A DNA stretch of 64,000 nt from an uncultured SAR86 cluster bacterium (GCA_902563835.1 CACEZB010000006.1:1976-65975); one strand, 5' to 3'. Positions 41,309 through 50,468 are shown, numbered from the stretch's first letter. The notes: generated from the sequence alone by a model not told the origin. Program-made: numbers and translations.

Positions 41309-41599
41309 TTAATCTTTAATTTTATCTTGTTTAGGACCTTTCTTGGGGTTTGATTGTGAAGTTTTTGTTGATTTATCATTATTTGATGACTCATTTGAGG
41401 AAATATTCTTCTTTTTTCCTGTTTTAAAGTCTGTTTCATACCAGCCACCTCCTTTTAATCTAAAAGATGGAGCTGATATAAGTTTTTTGAGGCTTTTTTT
41501 ATTACATTTAGGACAGACTAACTTTGGCTTGTCACTAATCTTTTGTATTACTTCAAGCTTATAATCACAATTTGAACATTTGTAGTCATAAATAGGCAT
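41309..41599 (-). CDS. FmdB-family zinc-ribbon protein
   Basis: 96 aa. MPIYDYKCSNCDYKLE...CPKCN (CxxC...CxxC) N-terminal domain and a Lys/Ser/Asn-rich tail. Confidence 0.85.
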   Translation of the reverse strand: MPIYDYKCSNCDYKLEVIQKISDKPKLVCPKCNKKSLKKLISAPSFRLKGGGWYETDFKTGKKKNISSNESSNNDKSTKTSQSNPKKGPKQDKIKD

Positions 41600-41630
41600 A
41601 AATCCCCAAAAAAAGATAAAATTATAAACT

Positions 41631-42911
41631 ATGTTATTTACAAAGCTACTAATACCAACTCTAAAAGATGCGCCTCAGGAAGCAGAGATTGTAAGTCATC
41701 AATTAATGCTAAGAGCTGGAATGATTAGAAAAGTAGCATCAGGAATATATACATGGCTCCCACTTGGTCTAAAAGTACTTAAAAAGATAGAAACTATAGT
41801 TAGAGAAGAAATGGATGCTTCAGGTGCTCAAGAAGTTTTTATGCCGATGGTCCAGCCAAGAGAATTATGGGAAGAAACTAATAGATGGGAAAAAATGGGG
41901 TCAGAATTATTAAGAATAAAAGATAGACATGAAAGAGACTTCTGCCTAGGTCCAACTCATGAAGAAGTTATTACAGATATCATCAGAGATAACGTAAAGA
42001 GCTATAAAGAATTACCTTTAAATATATATCAAATACAAACCAAATTTAGAGACGAGGTTCGACCTAGATATGGCATTATGCGAGGAAGAGAATTTTTAAT
42101 GAAAGATTCATATAGTTTCAATATTGATGAAGAATCATTACAAGAAACTTACTTACTGATGAGGGAAACGTATAAAAAAGTCCTAGAAAGAATTGGTCTT
42201 GAGTACAAGATATCTTCAGCGGATTCAGGCTCAATAGGTGGTGACAGTTCAGAAGAATTTCATGTTTTAGCAGAAAATGGTGAAGATACAATTGCAATAA
42301 GTGATTCTTCAGAGTTTGCTATTAATACTGAACTTTTATTAAAAGACGGTGAAGATATAAGCTCACTTGAGGGCAAGCCATCTCCAGATGGAAAAGGAAC
42401 AATTCAAATTAAAAAAGGAATTGAAGTTGGTCATATTTTTAAATTAGGAAAATTATATGCTGAATCAATGAAAGCAAATGTCCTCAACTCTGATGGGGAA
42501 GCGTCTACTTTATATATGGGTTGTTATGGTATTGGTGTATCTAGACTGGTTGCAGCAGCGATTGAACAAAATTTTGATGATAAGGGGATAATATGGCCTC
42601 ACAGCATAGCTCCATTTGATATAAATATTATTTCAATCGGACATGATAAAAATAAGGAGATAGCCTCTGCATCAATAGATCTTTATGAAGAATTAATTAA
42701 AATGGGTTACTCAGTTTTGCTAGATGATAGAAAAGATGGGTATGGAACAAAAATAAAAGATTCTGAGTTAATAGGCATACCTTTAAACATTATAGTAGGT
42801 AAAAATTATCTAGAAAATGAAGAGGTTGAATTAAAAGGCAGGGATGGAAAAAGTTCTACAAACCCAATTACTGATATAAAAACTATTTTAGATTTCTTTA
42901 AAGATAAATAA
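41631..42911 (+). CDS. proS: Proline--tRNA ligase, bacterial type, lacking the INS editing domain
   Basis: 426 aa. N-terminus and class II motifs are present (SHQLMLRAGMIRK, FRDEVRPRYGIMRGREFLMKDSYSF, GCYGIGVSRL) plus a C-terminal anticodon-binding domain. Only about 40 aa separate motifs 2 and 3, where E. coli ProRS (572 aa) has an INS domain of about 180 aa. Confidence 0.9.
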   Translation: MLFTKLLIPTLKDAPQEAEIVSHQLMLRAGMIRKVASGIYTWLPLGLKVLKKIETIVREEMDASGAQEVFMPMVQPRELWEETNRWEKMGSELLRIKDRHERDFCLGPTHEEVITDIIRDNVKSYKELPLNIYQIQTKFRDEVRPRYGIMRGREFLMKDSYSFNIDEESLQETYLLMRETYKKVLERIGLEYKISSADSGSIGGDSSEEFHVLAENGEDTIAISDSSEFAINTELLLKDGEDISSLEGKPSPDGKGTIQIKKGIEVGHIFKLGKLYAESMKANVLNSDGEASTLYMGCYGIGVSRLVAAAIEQNFDDKGIIWPHSIAPFDINIISIGHDKNKEIASASIDLYEELIKMGYSVLLDDRKDGYGTKIKDSELIGIPLNIIVGKNYLENEEVELKGRDGKSSTNPITDIKTILDFFKDK

Positions 42912-42984
42912 ATGAAATAAAAGTCGCTTTTTTTAAGGAAGGCGACCAGTCTTCCCAACTTCTATGGGAGAAGTTAAAATCTCC

Positions 42985-44166
42985 TCAAATTACTCTTTTA
43001 ATAATTGTAGCGTTAGCAGTTCCACCACCTTCACATATTGCCTGCAAAGCATACTTGCCTTCTCTTCTTTCTAATTCATGAAGCATTGTGGTCATAAGTT
43101 TTGCACCAGTTGCTCCAAGCGGATGTCCTAAGGCCATAGCACCACCATTCACATTTAATTTTGTTCTATCTGCTTTAAGATCTGCAGCCCAAGCTAATGG
43201 CACTGGGGCAAATGCTTCATTTACTTCATATAAATCCATATCATCAATAGATAAATTTGCAGTTTCTAGAGCTTTAAATGATGCTGGAATTGGTCCAGTG
43301 AGCATGAAAACTGGATCATCTCCTACAACCGAAATTGATACTATTTCAGCCCTCGGATTTTTTTGAATTTTCTTTAATCCTGCATCATTGCATATTACAA
43401 CTGCTGCAGCCCCATCTGTAATTTGACTTGCATTACCAGCTGTAATAACTCCACCTTCAGTAACTGGATTCAATCCAGCTAATTTATCTAAACTTGCATC
43501 AAATCTTATACCTTCATCTTGCATAACTAAATCATTCAATCCTTCAGCATTTTTTCCTTCAACTGGTAATATTTCTCTATCAAAATATTTTGACTCAGTT
43601 GCATACGCAGCTTTTTCATGACTCTCTAAGGCAAACTTATCTAGATCTTCACGGGATAAGTTCCACTTGTCAGCTACAAGCTCTGCACCTGTAAATTGTG
43701 AGAAGAAAACTCCTGGATATCTTTCTTTCATACCTTCAGAATCAAATGGAAGACCATGACCTGCATCATATCCATCTTTTACTGCCGCTCCTATTGGAAC
43801 CATTGACATTACTTCAACTCCTCCACCAATAACAATATCTTGTGTTCCAGACATAACAGCCTGGATTGCAAAATGAATTGCTTGCTGTGATGAGCCACAT
43901 TGTCTATCTACTGAAGTTCCAGGGACTGATTCTGGAAAAGATGATGAAAGAACTGCATTCCTTGCAATATTTCCTGATTGAGCACCAACTTGATCTACGC
44001 AACCAAAGACAACGTCATCTACAAGAGAAGGATCCATATCTAATCTTGTTACAAGCTCATCTAAAACTTTAGCTCCTAAGTCTGCTGGATGCCATAGACT
44101 CAATCTACCATCTCTTTTCCCACCAGCAGTTCTAACTGCCTCTACGATATATGCTTTCTCTGCCAT
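42985..44166 (-). CDS. Thiolase family acetyl-CoA C-acyl/acetyltransferase
   Basis: 393 aa. Active-site Cys context SVDRQCGSSQQA plus NEAFA, GHPLGATGA and C-terminal CEGGG motifs. Confidence 0.9.
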   Translation of the reverse strand: MAEKAYIVEAVRTAGGKRDGRLSLWHPADLGAKVLDELVTRLDMDPSLVDDVVFGCVDQVGAQSGNIARNAVLSSSFPESVPGTSVDRQCGSSQQAIHFAIQAVMSGTQDIVIGGGVEVMSMVPIGAAVKDGYDAGHGLPFDSEGMKERYPGVFFSQFTGAELVADKWNLSREDLDKFALESHEKAAYATESKYFDREILPVEGKNAEGLNDLVMQDEGIRFDASLDKLAGLNPVTEGGVITAGNASQITDGAAAVVICNDAGLKKIQKNPRAEIVSISVVGDDPVFMLTGPIPASFKALETANLSIDDMDLYEVNEAFAPVPLAWAADLKADRTKLNVNGGAMALGHPLGATGAKLMTTMLHELERREGKYALQAICEGGGTANATIIKRVI

Positions 44167-44200
44167 AAAAAAATCCCTACTAATATGAATTAATAGGGAT
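44167..44200 (-). terminator. Hairpin plus T7 tract downstream of recA (putative intrinsic terminator)
   Basis: The minus strand reads ATCCCTA-TTAATTCATATTAG-TAGGGAT-TTTTTTT: a 7-bp stem (44173-44179 / 44194-44200) followed by a run of seven T. It starts 17 nt after the recA stop. The T run abuts the thiolase ATG. Confidence 0.5.
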
Positions 44201-44216
44201 TATTGTATCAAAAAAA

Positions 44217-45224
44217 TTATTTAGATTTACTAGTTATATATGAAGATCTTATTTCTTTCATAAGTTTTTCCCTAATTTTTGCATTTTCTTTAAGGAAAAG
44301 ACTGGCCTTGACCTTGCCCTGGCCAATACTTTCTCCATCAAGCTTATAAAAAGCACCTGATTTCTCAATCAACCCAAGCTTATGACCGAAATCTAACATC
44401 TCACCTTCTTGATTGATTCCTAACCCATACATAATCTGGAATTCTGCTTGTTTAAATGGCGGAGATACTTTATTTTTTACAACCTTAACTCTGGTTTCAT
44501 TACCCATAACCTCATCACCTTCTTTTACAGCACCAATTCTTCTGATATCTAATCGCACAGATGAATAAAATTTAAGTGCATTTCCACCAGTTGTTGTCTC
44601 TGGACTTCCAAACATTACACCTATTTTCATTCTAATTTGATTAATAAATACAACCGTTGCACCAGACCTTTGAATATTTCCTGTGATCTTTCTAAGCGCT
44701 TGTGACATCAGTCTTGCTTGAAGTCCAACATGATGATCTCCCATTTCACCCTCAATTTCAGCTCTAGGAACAAGTGCTGCAACAGAATCTATAATCACAA
44801 GGTCTACACTATTCGATTTTACAAGCATATCTGCAACTTCAAGGGCCTGCTCCCCTGTATCAGGTTGAGATAACAATAATTCATCTACATTTACACCTAA
44901 TTTTTCTGCATATTGAGGATCAAGTGCATGCTCTGCATCAATAAATGCACAAGTACCGCCTTCTTTTTGGCATTGAGCAATAATTTGAAGGGTTAATGTT
45001 GTTTTACCAGATGATTCTGGTCCATATATTTCTGTAACTCTTCCTTTTGGTATACCTCCTATACCCAAAGCAATATCAAGACCTAAAGAACCTGTTGAAA
45101 TGGAAGGAATATCAAGATTTTCTCTATCCCCCATTCTCATAACAGTTCCCTTACCGAAATGATTGTCTATATCATTTAAAGTATCTTTTAATGATTTTTT
45201 AGTCGTATCTTTTGATTTAGTCAT
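44217..45224 (-). CDS. recA: Recombinase RecA
   Basis: 335 aa. Walker [11 protein letters not shown], Walker [13 protein letters not shown], and L1/L2 regions ([33 protein letters not shown]). AGGAG SD at 45231-45235. Confidence 0.98.
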   Translation of the reverse strand: MTKSKDTTKKSLKDTLNDIDNHFGKGTVMRMGDRENLDIPSISTGSLGLDIALGIGGIPKGRVTEIYGPESSGKTTLTLQIIAQCQKEGGTCAFIDAEHALDPQYAEKLGVNVDELLLSQPDTGEQALEVADMLVKSNSVDLVIIDSVAALVPRAEIEGEMGDHHVGLQARLMSQALRKITGNIQRSGATVVFINQIRMKIGVMFGSPETTTGGNALKFYSSVRLDIRRIGAVKEGDEVMGNETRVKVVKNKVSPPFKQAEFQIMYGLGINQEGEMLDFGHKLGLIEKSGAFYKLDGESIGQGKVKASLFLKENAKIREKLMKEIRSSYITSKSK

Positions 45225-45235
45225 AAGAATCTCCT

Positions 45236-45255
45236 TACTGTATATATATACAGTA
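45236..45255. promoter_or_regulatory. LexA operator (SOS box) in front of recA
   Basis: TACTGTATATATATACAGTA is a perfect 20-nt palindrome identical to the gammaproteobacterial consensus TACTG(TA)5CAGTA. It lies directly upstream of the recA Shine-Dalgarno. Confidence 0.9.
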
Positions 45256-45336
45256 TAAACTATATTTTTAAATATTTAAATAGTTTTATGTAAATTTAAA
45301 ATTTAGTAAGCTAAAATTCAAACTTCTCGACTAATT

Positions 45337-45654
45337 ATGACATACGTAGTAACAGAATCTTGCATTAAATGTAAATATACCGATTGCGTTGAAGTATGCC
45401 CAGTAGATTGTTTTTATGAGGGTCCTGAGTTTTTAGTAATAGATCCTGATGAATGTATAGATTGCGGCTTATGTGTACCAGAGTGTCCTATTGAAGCAAT
45501 TTATCCAGATGATGAATTGCCTAAGGATCAAATTGAATTTATAGAAATTAACCTAAAACTTTCTGAGGTTTATGAAAATATTACTGAGTCTAAAGAACCC
45601 CTGCCTGAGGCTGAAAAATATAAAAATATTAAAAATAAGAAAGAATTCTTATAA
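45337..45654 (+). CDS. fdxA: 7Fe ferredoxin (3Fe-4S/4Fe-4S, Azotobacter FdxA type)
   Basis: 105 aa. [29 protein letters not shown] and [12 protein letters not shown] cluster motifs. Confidence 0.93.
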   Translation: MTYVVTESCIKCKYTDCVEVCPVDCFYEGPEFLVIDPDECIDCGLCVPECPIEAIYPDDELPKDQIEFIEINLKLSEVYENITESKEPLPEAEKYKNIKNKKEFL

Positions 45655-46341
45655 AAAATAATTAATGCCGGTAGCAAAAATTAGTCCACCAAAAAAAACC
45701 AATATCAATTTTCCAAACTTTTCATAAGCCTTATTGATTAATCTTGGCATTAAAATTAATGCACCCAACATACCAATACCAAAAGGTAGTAAAACCTCAA
45801 AATTTAAGCTTGAAACACTTCCAATTATTAAGGGGTATGCTCCTACTGATAATAAAAATGCGCTACCTGAGATTCCTGGAAAAAGTAAAAAACTGCATGC
45901 AATAAAACCAAATAAGACTATCAATGGAAGGATAGGCTCTTGATACCCATGAATATGAAAACTACTTAAATGTAAACCAATTATAATTGCTAAAAAGAAA
46001 TTGATATAAAAACTTTTACCTTTATCAATATCCTCTTTCATATATGTGCTTATTACTAAAAATGTTCCATACCCAATCATCAATAAAGCAATAAAAAGAT
46101 TGAATGAGTTCGTGAAGTTTTTATATAAAAAATCTATTAATGAAGAGAATGCAAATACACTTAGTATCATTCCAAATAAAAGAGGTAGTATTAAATCTAA
46201 GTTCTTAAATCTTCTTAGAAAATCAATTAATTTTTCATAAACACCAAACATCAATGCAACTGTTGCGCCTGATATTCCTGGCAATAATTCAGACAATCCA
46301 ATAAATATACCTGCTATAAAATATCTAATTTTTTCTTTCAT
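45649..46341 (-). CDS. DUF368 family polytopic membrane protein (family recently linked to undecaprenyl-phosphate recycling)
   Basis: 230 aa. The two-fold repeated signature [17 protein letters not shown] / [17 protein letters not shown] is typical of DUF368. Confidence 0.75.
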   Translation of the reverse strand: MKEKIRYFIAGIFIGLSELLPGISGATVALMFGVYEKLIDFLRRFKNLDLILPLLFGMILSVFAFSSLIDFLYKNFTNSFNLFIALLMIGYGTFLVISTYMKEDIDKGKSFYINFFLAIIIGLHLSSFHIHGYQEPILPLIVLFGFIACSFLLFPGISGSAFLLSVGAYPLIIGSVSSLNFEVLLPFGIGMLGALILMPRLINKAYEKFGKLILVFFGGLIFATGINYFL

Positions 46342-47018
46342 ACATCATTACCATCTTCTGATTTTCCTGCAAGCATAGGAACAAATGATACTTCCTCATA
46401 TTGTTTTTCTTCAACTTCATTATTTTTCAGTTTTGTTATTACATTTAACCTCTGGTCAGATCCTCCAACAGGTATTACTAATTTTGCATTATTTTTTAAA
46501 ATTGAGATTAAATCTTGAGGATATTCTCGTGGAGCAGCAGCACAGATTATTCCATCATATTGAAGTTTCTTATCCCAGTCTTGATACCCATCACCATACT
46601 TAAATAAAACATTATGTATTTTCAAATTTGATAAATTCTCTCTTGATTTTTCCACTAAGGGCTTAATTCTTTCTATTGCATCAACTTTTTCACTAAAAAA
46701 AGATAGTACAGCAGATTGATACCCGCACCCTGACCCAAGATCTAAAACTTTATCAAATACTTTACCTCTTGTTTTGGTATGAGAAATTAATAACTCAGTC
46801 ATTCTTGCAACTATATATGGTTGAGAAATAGTTTGCTTGTACCCTATCGTTAAAGGTCTATTTTCATATGCTCTTGACCATAATGCTTCATCAAGAAAAG
46901 TATGTCTTGGAATTTGTGAGATAGCATCCAAAACTCTAAAATCTTTTATTCCTAATTCTAGAAGAGTTTCAATCATCTCTTCACGAACCCGTCTGAAAGT
47001 AAAGCCTGAGTTACTCAT
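46338..47018 (-). CDS. pcm: Protein-L-isoaspartate O-methyltransferase
   Basis: 226 aa. QTISQPYIVARM and SAM-binding VLDLGSGCGYQSAVL motifs. surE-pcm pair. Confidence 0.95.
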   Translation of the reverse strand: MSNSGFTFRRVREEMIETLLELGIKDFRVLDAISQIPRHTFLDEALWSRAYENRPLTIGYKQTISQPYIVARMTELLISHTKTRGKVFDKVLDLGSGCGYQSAVLSFFSEKVDAIERIKPLVEKSRENLSNLKIHNVLFKYGDGYQDWDKKLQYDGIICAAAPREYPQDLISILKNNAKLVIPVGGSDQRLNVITKLKNNEVEEKQYEEVSFVPMLAGKSEDGNDV

Positions 47019-47766
47019 TTATTAAATCTGATAAATCATTAATGAATTCTTTTGAATTGAGGCTGTAATCTAAAACTGATACTGATACATACCCATCTTT
47101 GATAGCCTCTGCATCGGTTATAAAATTATCTTTAATAGGCTCGCCTGAATAAGCATATCTATATTTTAATATATTTTCATTTTCTGAGGTATTTTCCAAT
47201 TTTATTGGTCTTGCTGGTACATCTCTCTTTGACATCCCGGTTGCTCTAATGCCCTTAAATTCATTTGAAGCAATATCTGGAAAATTTATATTTATAACTT
47301 TGCCTTTAAAAGTGTCATGAAAAGTAACTATTTTATTTATTATTTCAATTGATTTATCACTAATAAAATCAATGTCTTTTGCATCATAAGATGCAACTGA
47401 AATTGCTATTGGAGGATATTTTAGATTCCTTCCACCAACAGCAGCTCCAACAGTACCTGAATATATAACATCGTTACCAATATTAGCTCCATGGTTGATC
47501 CCAGAAATAACTATATCGAATTCAAAATCAACAATACTTAATAAGCCCAAATAAGAACAATCTGCTGGAGTTCCATCAACTGCATATATTCTTTCATCTA
47601 TCTTTATAACCTCTATTTCTTTAAGGTAGGAGATAGCTGCGCTCATCCCACTACAATTATTCTTTGGTGCAACTATCCAAACTTCATGATCTTTAGATAA
47701 TTTTTGATATAAGTTCTTAAGATTCTCAGCATCGTAACCATCATCATTTGTTAATAGTATCTTCAT
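47011..47766 (-). CDS. surE: 5'/3'-nucleotidase SurE
   Basis: 251 aa. MKILLTNDDGYDA N-terminal metal-binding motif, plus GINHGANIG and YSGTVGAA. Confidence 0.95.
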   Translation of the reverse strand: MKILLTNDDGYDAENLKNLYQKLSKDHEVWIVAPKNNCSGMSAAISYLKEIEVIKIDERIYAVDGTPADCSYLGLLSIVDFEFDIVISGINHGANIGNDVIYSGTVGAAVGGRNLKYPPIAISVASYDAKDIDFISDKSIEIINKIVTFHDTFKGKVININFPDIASNEFKGIRATGMSKRDVPARPIKLENTSENENILKYRYAYSGEPIKDNFITDAEAIKDGYVSVSVLDYSLNSKEFINDLSDLINE

Positions 47767-48908
47767 AATTTCTCTCTAAGATTAACAAGACTTTGTACAA
47801 CTATTGCTTTATTTTCACCGATAATACCTATTTTTTCTGAAGTTGTTGCTTTCAAGCCGATTCTTGAGACTGGGATCATTAAAAGACTTGATAATTTTTG
47901 TAAAATCTCTTCTCTATGAGGATTAATTTTAGGTTCTTCGCAAATTACGGTAGTATCAATGTTATAAATTTCTAAATTAAGTTCATTTATTTTATCTAAA
48001 CAATATTTAATAATTTTTGAACTATTTAAATTCCTATTATTCTCATCATTGTCTGGAAAAAACTTCCCAATATCACCCAAGGCTGCAGCACCCAAAATTG
48101 AATCTGCAATTGAATGAAGTAAAACATCTCCATCAGAATGAGCGACAATTTTATAATCACACTTGATTTTATAGCCGCCTAAAATAATTCCATCTCCTGC
48201 CTCATATTTGTGTAAATCAAACCCTGTTCCACTTCGTGTGAGAAATTTACTCAAAAGTTCTACATCTTCGGGTTCAGTAATCTTAATATTGGACCTAGAT
48301 CCCATAACTTTTGATAAAGTTAGGTCTGAATATTCAATTGCAAAAGATTCATCAGGACAATTGATATTTTCATCAATACATTTTTTAAGTGAAATTTTTA
48401 GCTCATTAAAGTTAGATATTTGAGGGGTTTGAACTAGATAAAATTTACTTTTATCTTTTGTTGTTTCTTTAGAATCTATTTCTTTAATTGAATCATAAAC
48501 AGGGGTGTATAAAAAAGAGCAGCTTGTATTTGAGTTAGTAATATCCTTGTATAAATTAGTAATATCATCTTCTGTAATATTTGGTCGTGCCGCATCATGT
48601 GTAATAACGTATTCATATTCCTTTTCAGCAGCATGTAAAGCATTATTAATCGATTCCTGTCTTGTAGCACCTCCAATAACATATTTAATGTTTTTAGAGT
48701 TATAAAAATCCTGACTCTTAATCAAATTATCATCCTTAGATATAGCTATAATAATTTCTGATACATAACTTGAATCAATAAAAGGCTTAAGAGCTCTTTC
48801 AATAACAGAGCGTCCATTAATCTGAGCATATTGTTTTGGTGTGTTACAACGAAATCTTTCACCCACTCCAGCCGCAGCAATAATTGTCAATAAGCTATTC
48901 TTCTTCAT
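47763..48908 (-). CDS. ispDF: Bifunctional IspD/IspF (MEP cytidylyltransferase fused to MEcPP synthase)
   Basis: The N-terminal half has IIAAAGVGERF...THDAARP (IspD). The C-terminal half has GTGFDLHKY...AHSDGDVLLHSIADSILGAAALGDIGKFFP (IspF). It is one uninterrupted frame. The likely start is ATG 48906-48908 (MKKNSLLTII...); the track start at 48944 adds 12 aa. Confidence 0.92.
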   Translation of the reverse strand: MKKNSLLTIIAAAGVGERFRCNTPKQYAQINGRSVIERALKPFIDSSYVSEIIIAISKDDNLIKSQDFYNSKNIKYVIGGATRQESINNALHAAEKEYEYVITHDAARPNITEDDITNLYKDITNSNTSCSFLYTPVYDSIKEIDSKETTKDKSKFYLVQTPQISNFNELKISLKKCIDENINCPDESFAIEYSDLTLSKVMGSRSNIKITEPEDVELLSKFLTRSGTGFDLHKYEAGDGIILGGYKIKCDYKIVAHSDGDVLLHSIADSILGAAALGDIGKFFPDNDENNRNLNSSKIIKYCLDKINELNLEIYNIDTTVICEEPKINPHREEILQKLSSLLMIPVSRIGLKATTSEKIGIIGENKAIVVQSLVNLREKL

Positions 48909-49197
48909 CTTTTTCTTCTTCTTTAAAAGATATAAATTCCTCATCAGGATAAGTTAAATTAAGTTTCTCTCTAGCAAAATTTTCAACATGATCATTTGAG
49001 TTTTGAGCATTTTTAATCTCAAACTCAAGAATTTCATTTTGTTTTCTTAAGCTATCATTATTCTCTTTTTGAATTTCGTTTTCTTTTACTAGCTCATTTC
49101 TTTTAGAATAATTATTCTCTCCAAAAAAAATACTATTAAGTAAAAGAAATATTATTAAAGCTAAAAAGATTAATAATACGAAATAAAGTCTTTTCAT
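48895..49197 (-). CDS. ftsB: Cell division protein FtsB
   Basis: 100 aa with an N-terminal TM, coiled coil/leucine zipper and the FAREKLNL motif. eno-ftsB-ispD order is conserved. Confidence 0.85.
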   Translation of the reverse strand: MKRLYFVLLIFLALIIFLLLNSIFFGENNYSKRNELVKENEIQKENNDSLRKQNEILEFEIKNAQNSNDHVENFAREKLNLTYPDEEFISFKEEEKDEEE

Positions 49198-50468
49198 TTA
49201 AGCAAAATATCACTACTTTCTTTCTCTATCCAAAGTAATCTATTATATTTTGCAATTCTATCTGACCTGCAAGGTGCGCCAGCCTTTATTTGCTTAACTC
49301 CTAGACCTACTGCTAAATCAGAAATTGTTATATCTTCTGTCTCTCCAGATCTATGGGAGATTATTGGTTCATAGTTATTTTTTTTTGCAAAATGTATTGT
49401 CTCTATAGTCTCTGATAGCGATCCAATTTGATTTAATTTAATTAAAATTGAATTCGCAATACTTTCTTGAACTCCTTCTTTTAATATTTTTTTATTGGTA
49501 ACAAATAAATCATCGCCTACAAGTTGGCATTTATCACCTAGTTGAGATGTTAATAATTTCCATCCATTTTTATCGTTTTCATCCATTCCATCTTCTATTG
49601 AAGTTATAGGGTATTTTTCAACAAGACTTTCAAGATAATTTACAAGTTCTGCTGAAGTAAGCTTTTGATTTTCACCTTTCATAAAATAATCACTACCATC
49701 AAAAAACTCACTTGCGGCACAATCAAGTGCAATATTGATATCTTTTTTGAACTCTAAATTTGAATTCTTAATAGCTTCAATTATTAATTTTATTGCTTCT
49801 TCATTAGATTTAAGATTTGGTGCAAATCCCCCCTCGTCCCCAACTGCTATTGAATGATTATTCGATGAAAGTATTTTCTTTAAATTATGATATATCTCTA
49901 CTGACCATTGCATAACCTCTTCAAAAGTTTTAGCTCCACTTGGAATAATCATAAACTCTTGGATATCTATATTGTTATTTGAGTGTTCTCCGCCGTTTAA
50001 AATATTAAACATTGGCATAGGCATCACAAGATTTGTTGAATCACCAGTTATATTTTTATATATATTAGAAAAATGTTTATACAAAGGTATTCTTTGCATC
50101 ATAGAAGCGGCTTTTGCAGTTGCAAGAGAAACTGCCAAAATAGCATTTGCACCAACGGCAGATTTGTCTAGTGTGCCATCAAATTCTATCAGCATTTTAT
50201 CAATCTCATTTTGATCGCTTGGATCTTTACCAATTACAAGCGAAGATAATTTTTTATTAACATTTGAAACAGCATTTAAAACACCTTTCCCATGATAAGC
50301 TTTATTTCCATCTCTTAGCTCAAGCGCCTCTTTAGATCCAGTTGATGCTCCGCTTGGAACCATAGCAATAGCTGAAGTACCATCATCAAGATTAACCTTA
50401 CAAGAAATAGTTGGTACGCCTCTAGAATCAAAAACTTGAATAGCTTTAACTTCTGATATTTTTGACAT
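49194..50468 (-). CDS. eno: Enolase
   Basis: 424 aa. SRGVPT, VGDEGGFAP, VGDDLFVTN, IKLNQIGSLSET and SHRSGETED motifs. Confidence 0.98.
   Translation of the reverse strand: MSKISEVKAIQVFDSRGVPTISCKVNLDDGTSAIAMVPSGASTGSKEALELRDGNKAYHGKGVLNAVSNVNKKLSSLVIGKDPSDQNEIDKMLIEFDGTLDKSAVGANAILAVSLATAKAASMMQRIPLYKHFSNIYKNITGDSTNLVMPMPMFNILNGGEHSNNNIDIQEFMIIPSGAKTFEEVMQWSVEIYHNLKKILSSNNHSIAVGDEGGFAPNLKSNEEAIKLIIEAIKNSNLEFKKDINIALDCAASEFFDGSDYFMKGENQKLTSAELVNYLESLVEKYPITSIEDGMDENDKNGWKLLTSQLGDKCQLVGDDLFVTNKKILKEGVQESIANSILIKLNQIGSLSETIETIHFAKKNNYEPIISHRSGETEDITISDLAVGLGVKQIKAGAPCRSDRIAKYNRLLWIEKESSDILLK

Noticed and set aside
42912-42984. Possible bidirectional terminator between convergent proS and the thiolase gene (GTCGC-N14-GCGAC, and ACTTCT-CCCAT-AGAAGT on the minus strand).
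   Set aside because: The stems are only 5-6 bp with large loops. Only one of them is followed by a modest T-rich run (TTTTATTT, minus strand). This is too weak to annotate.
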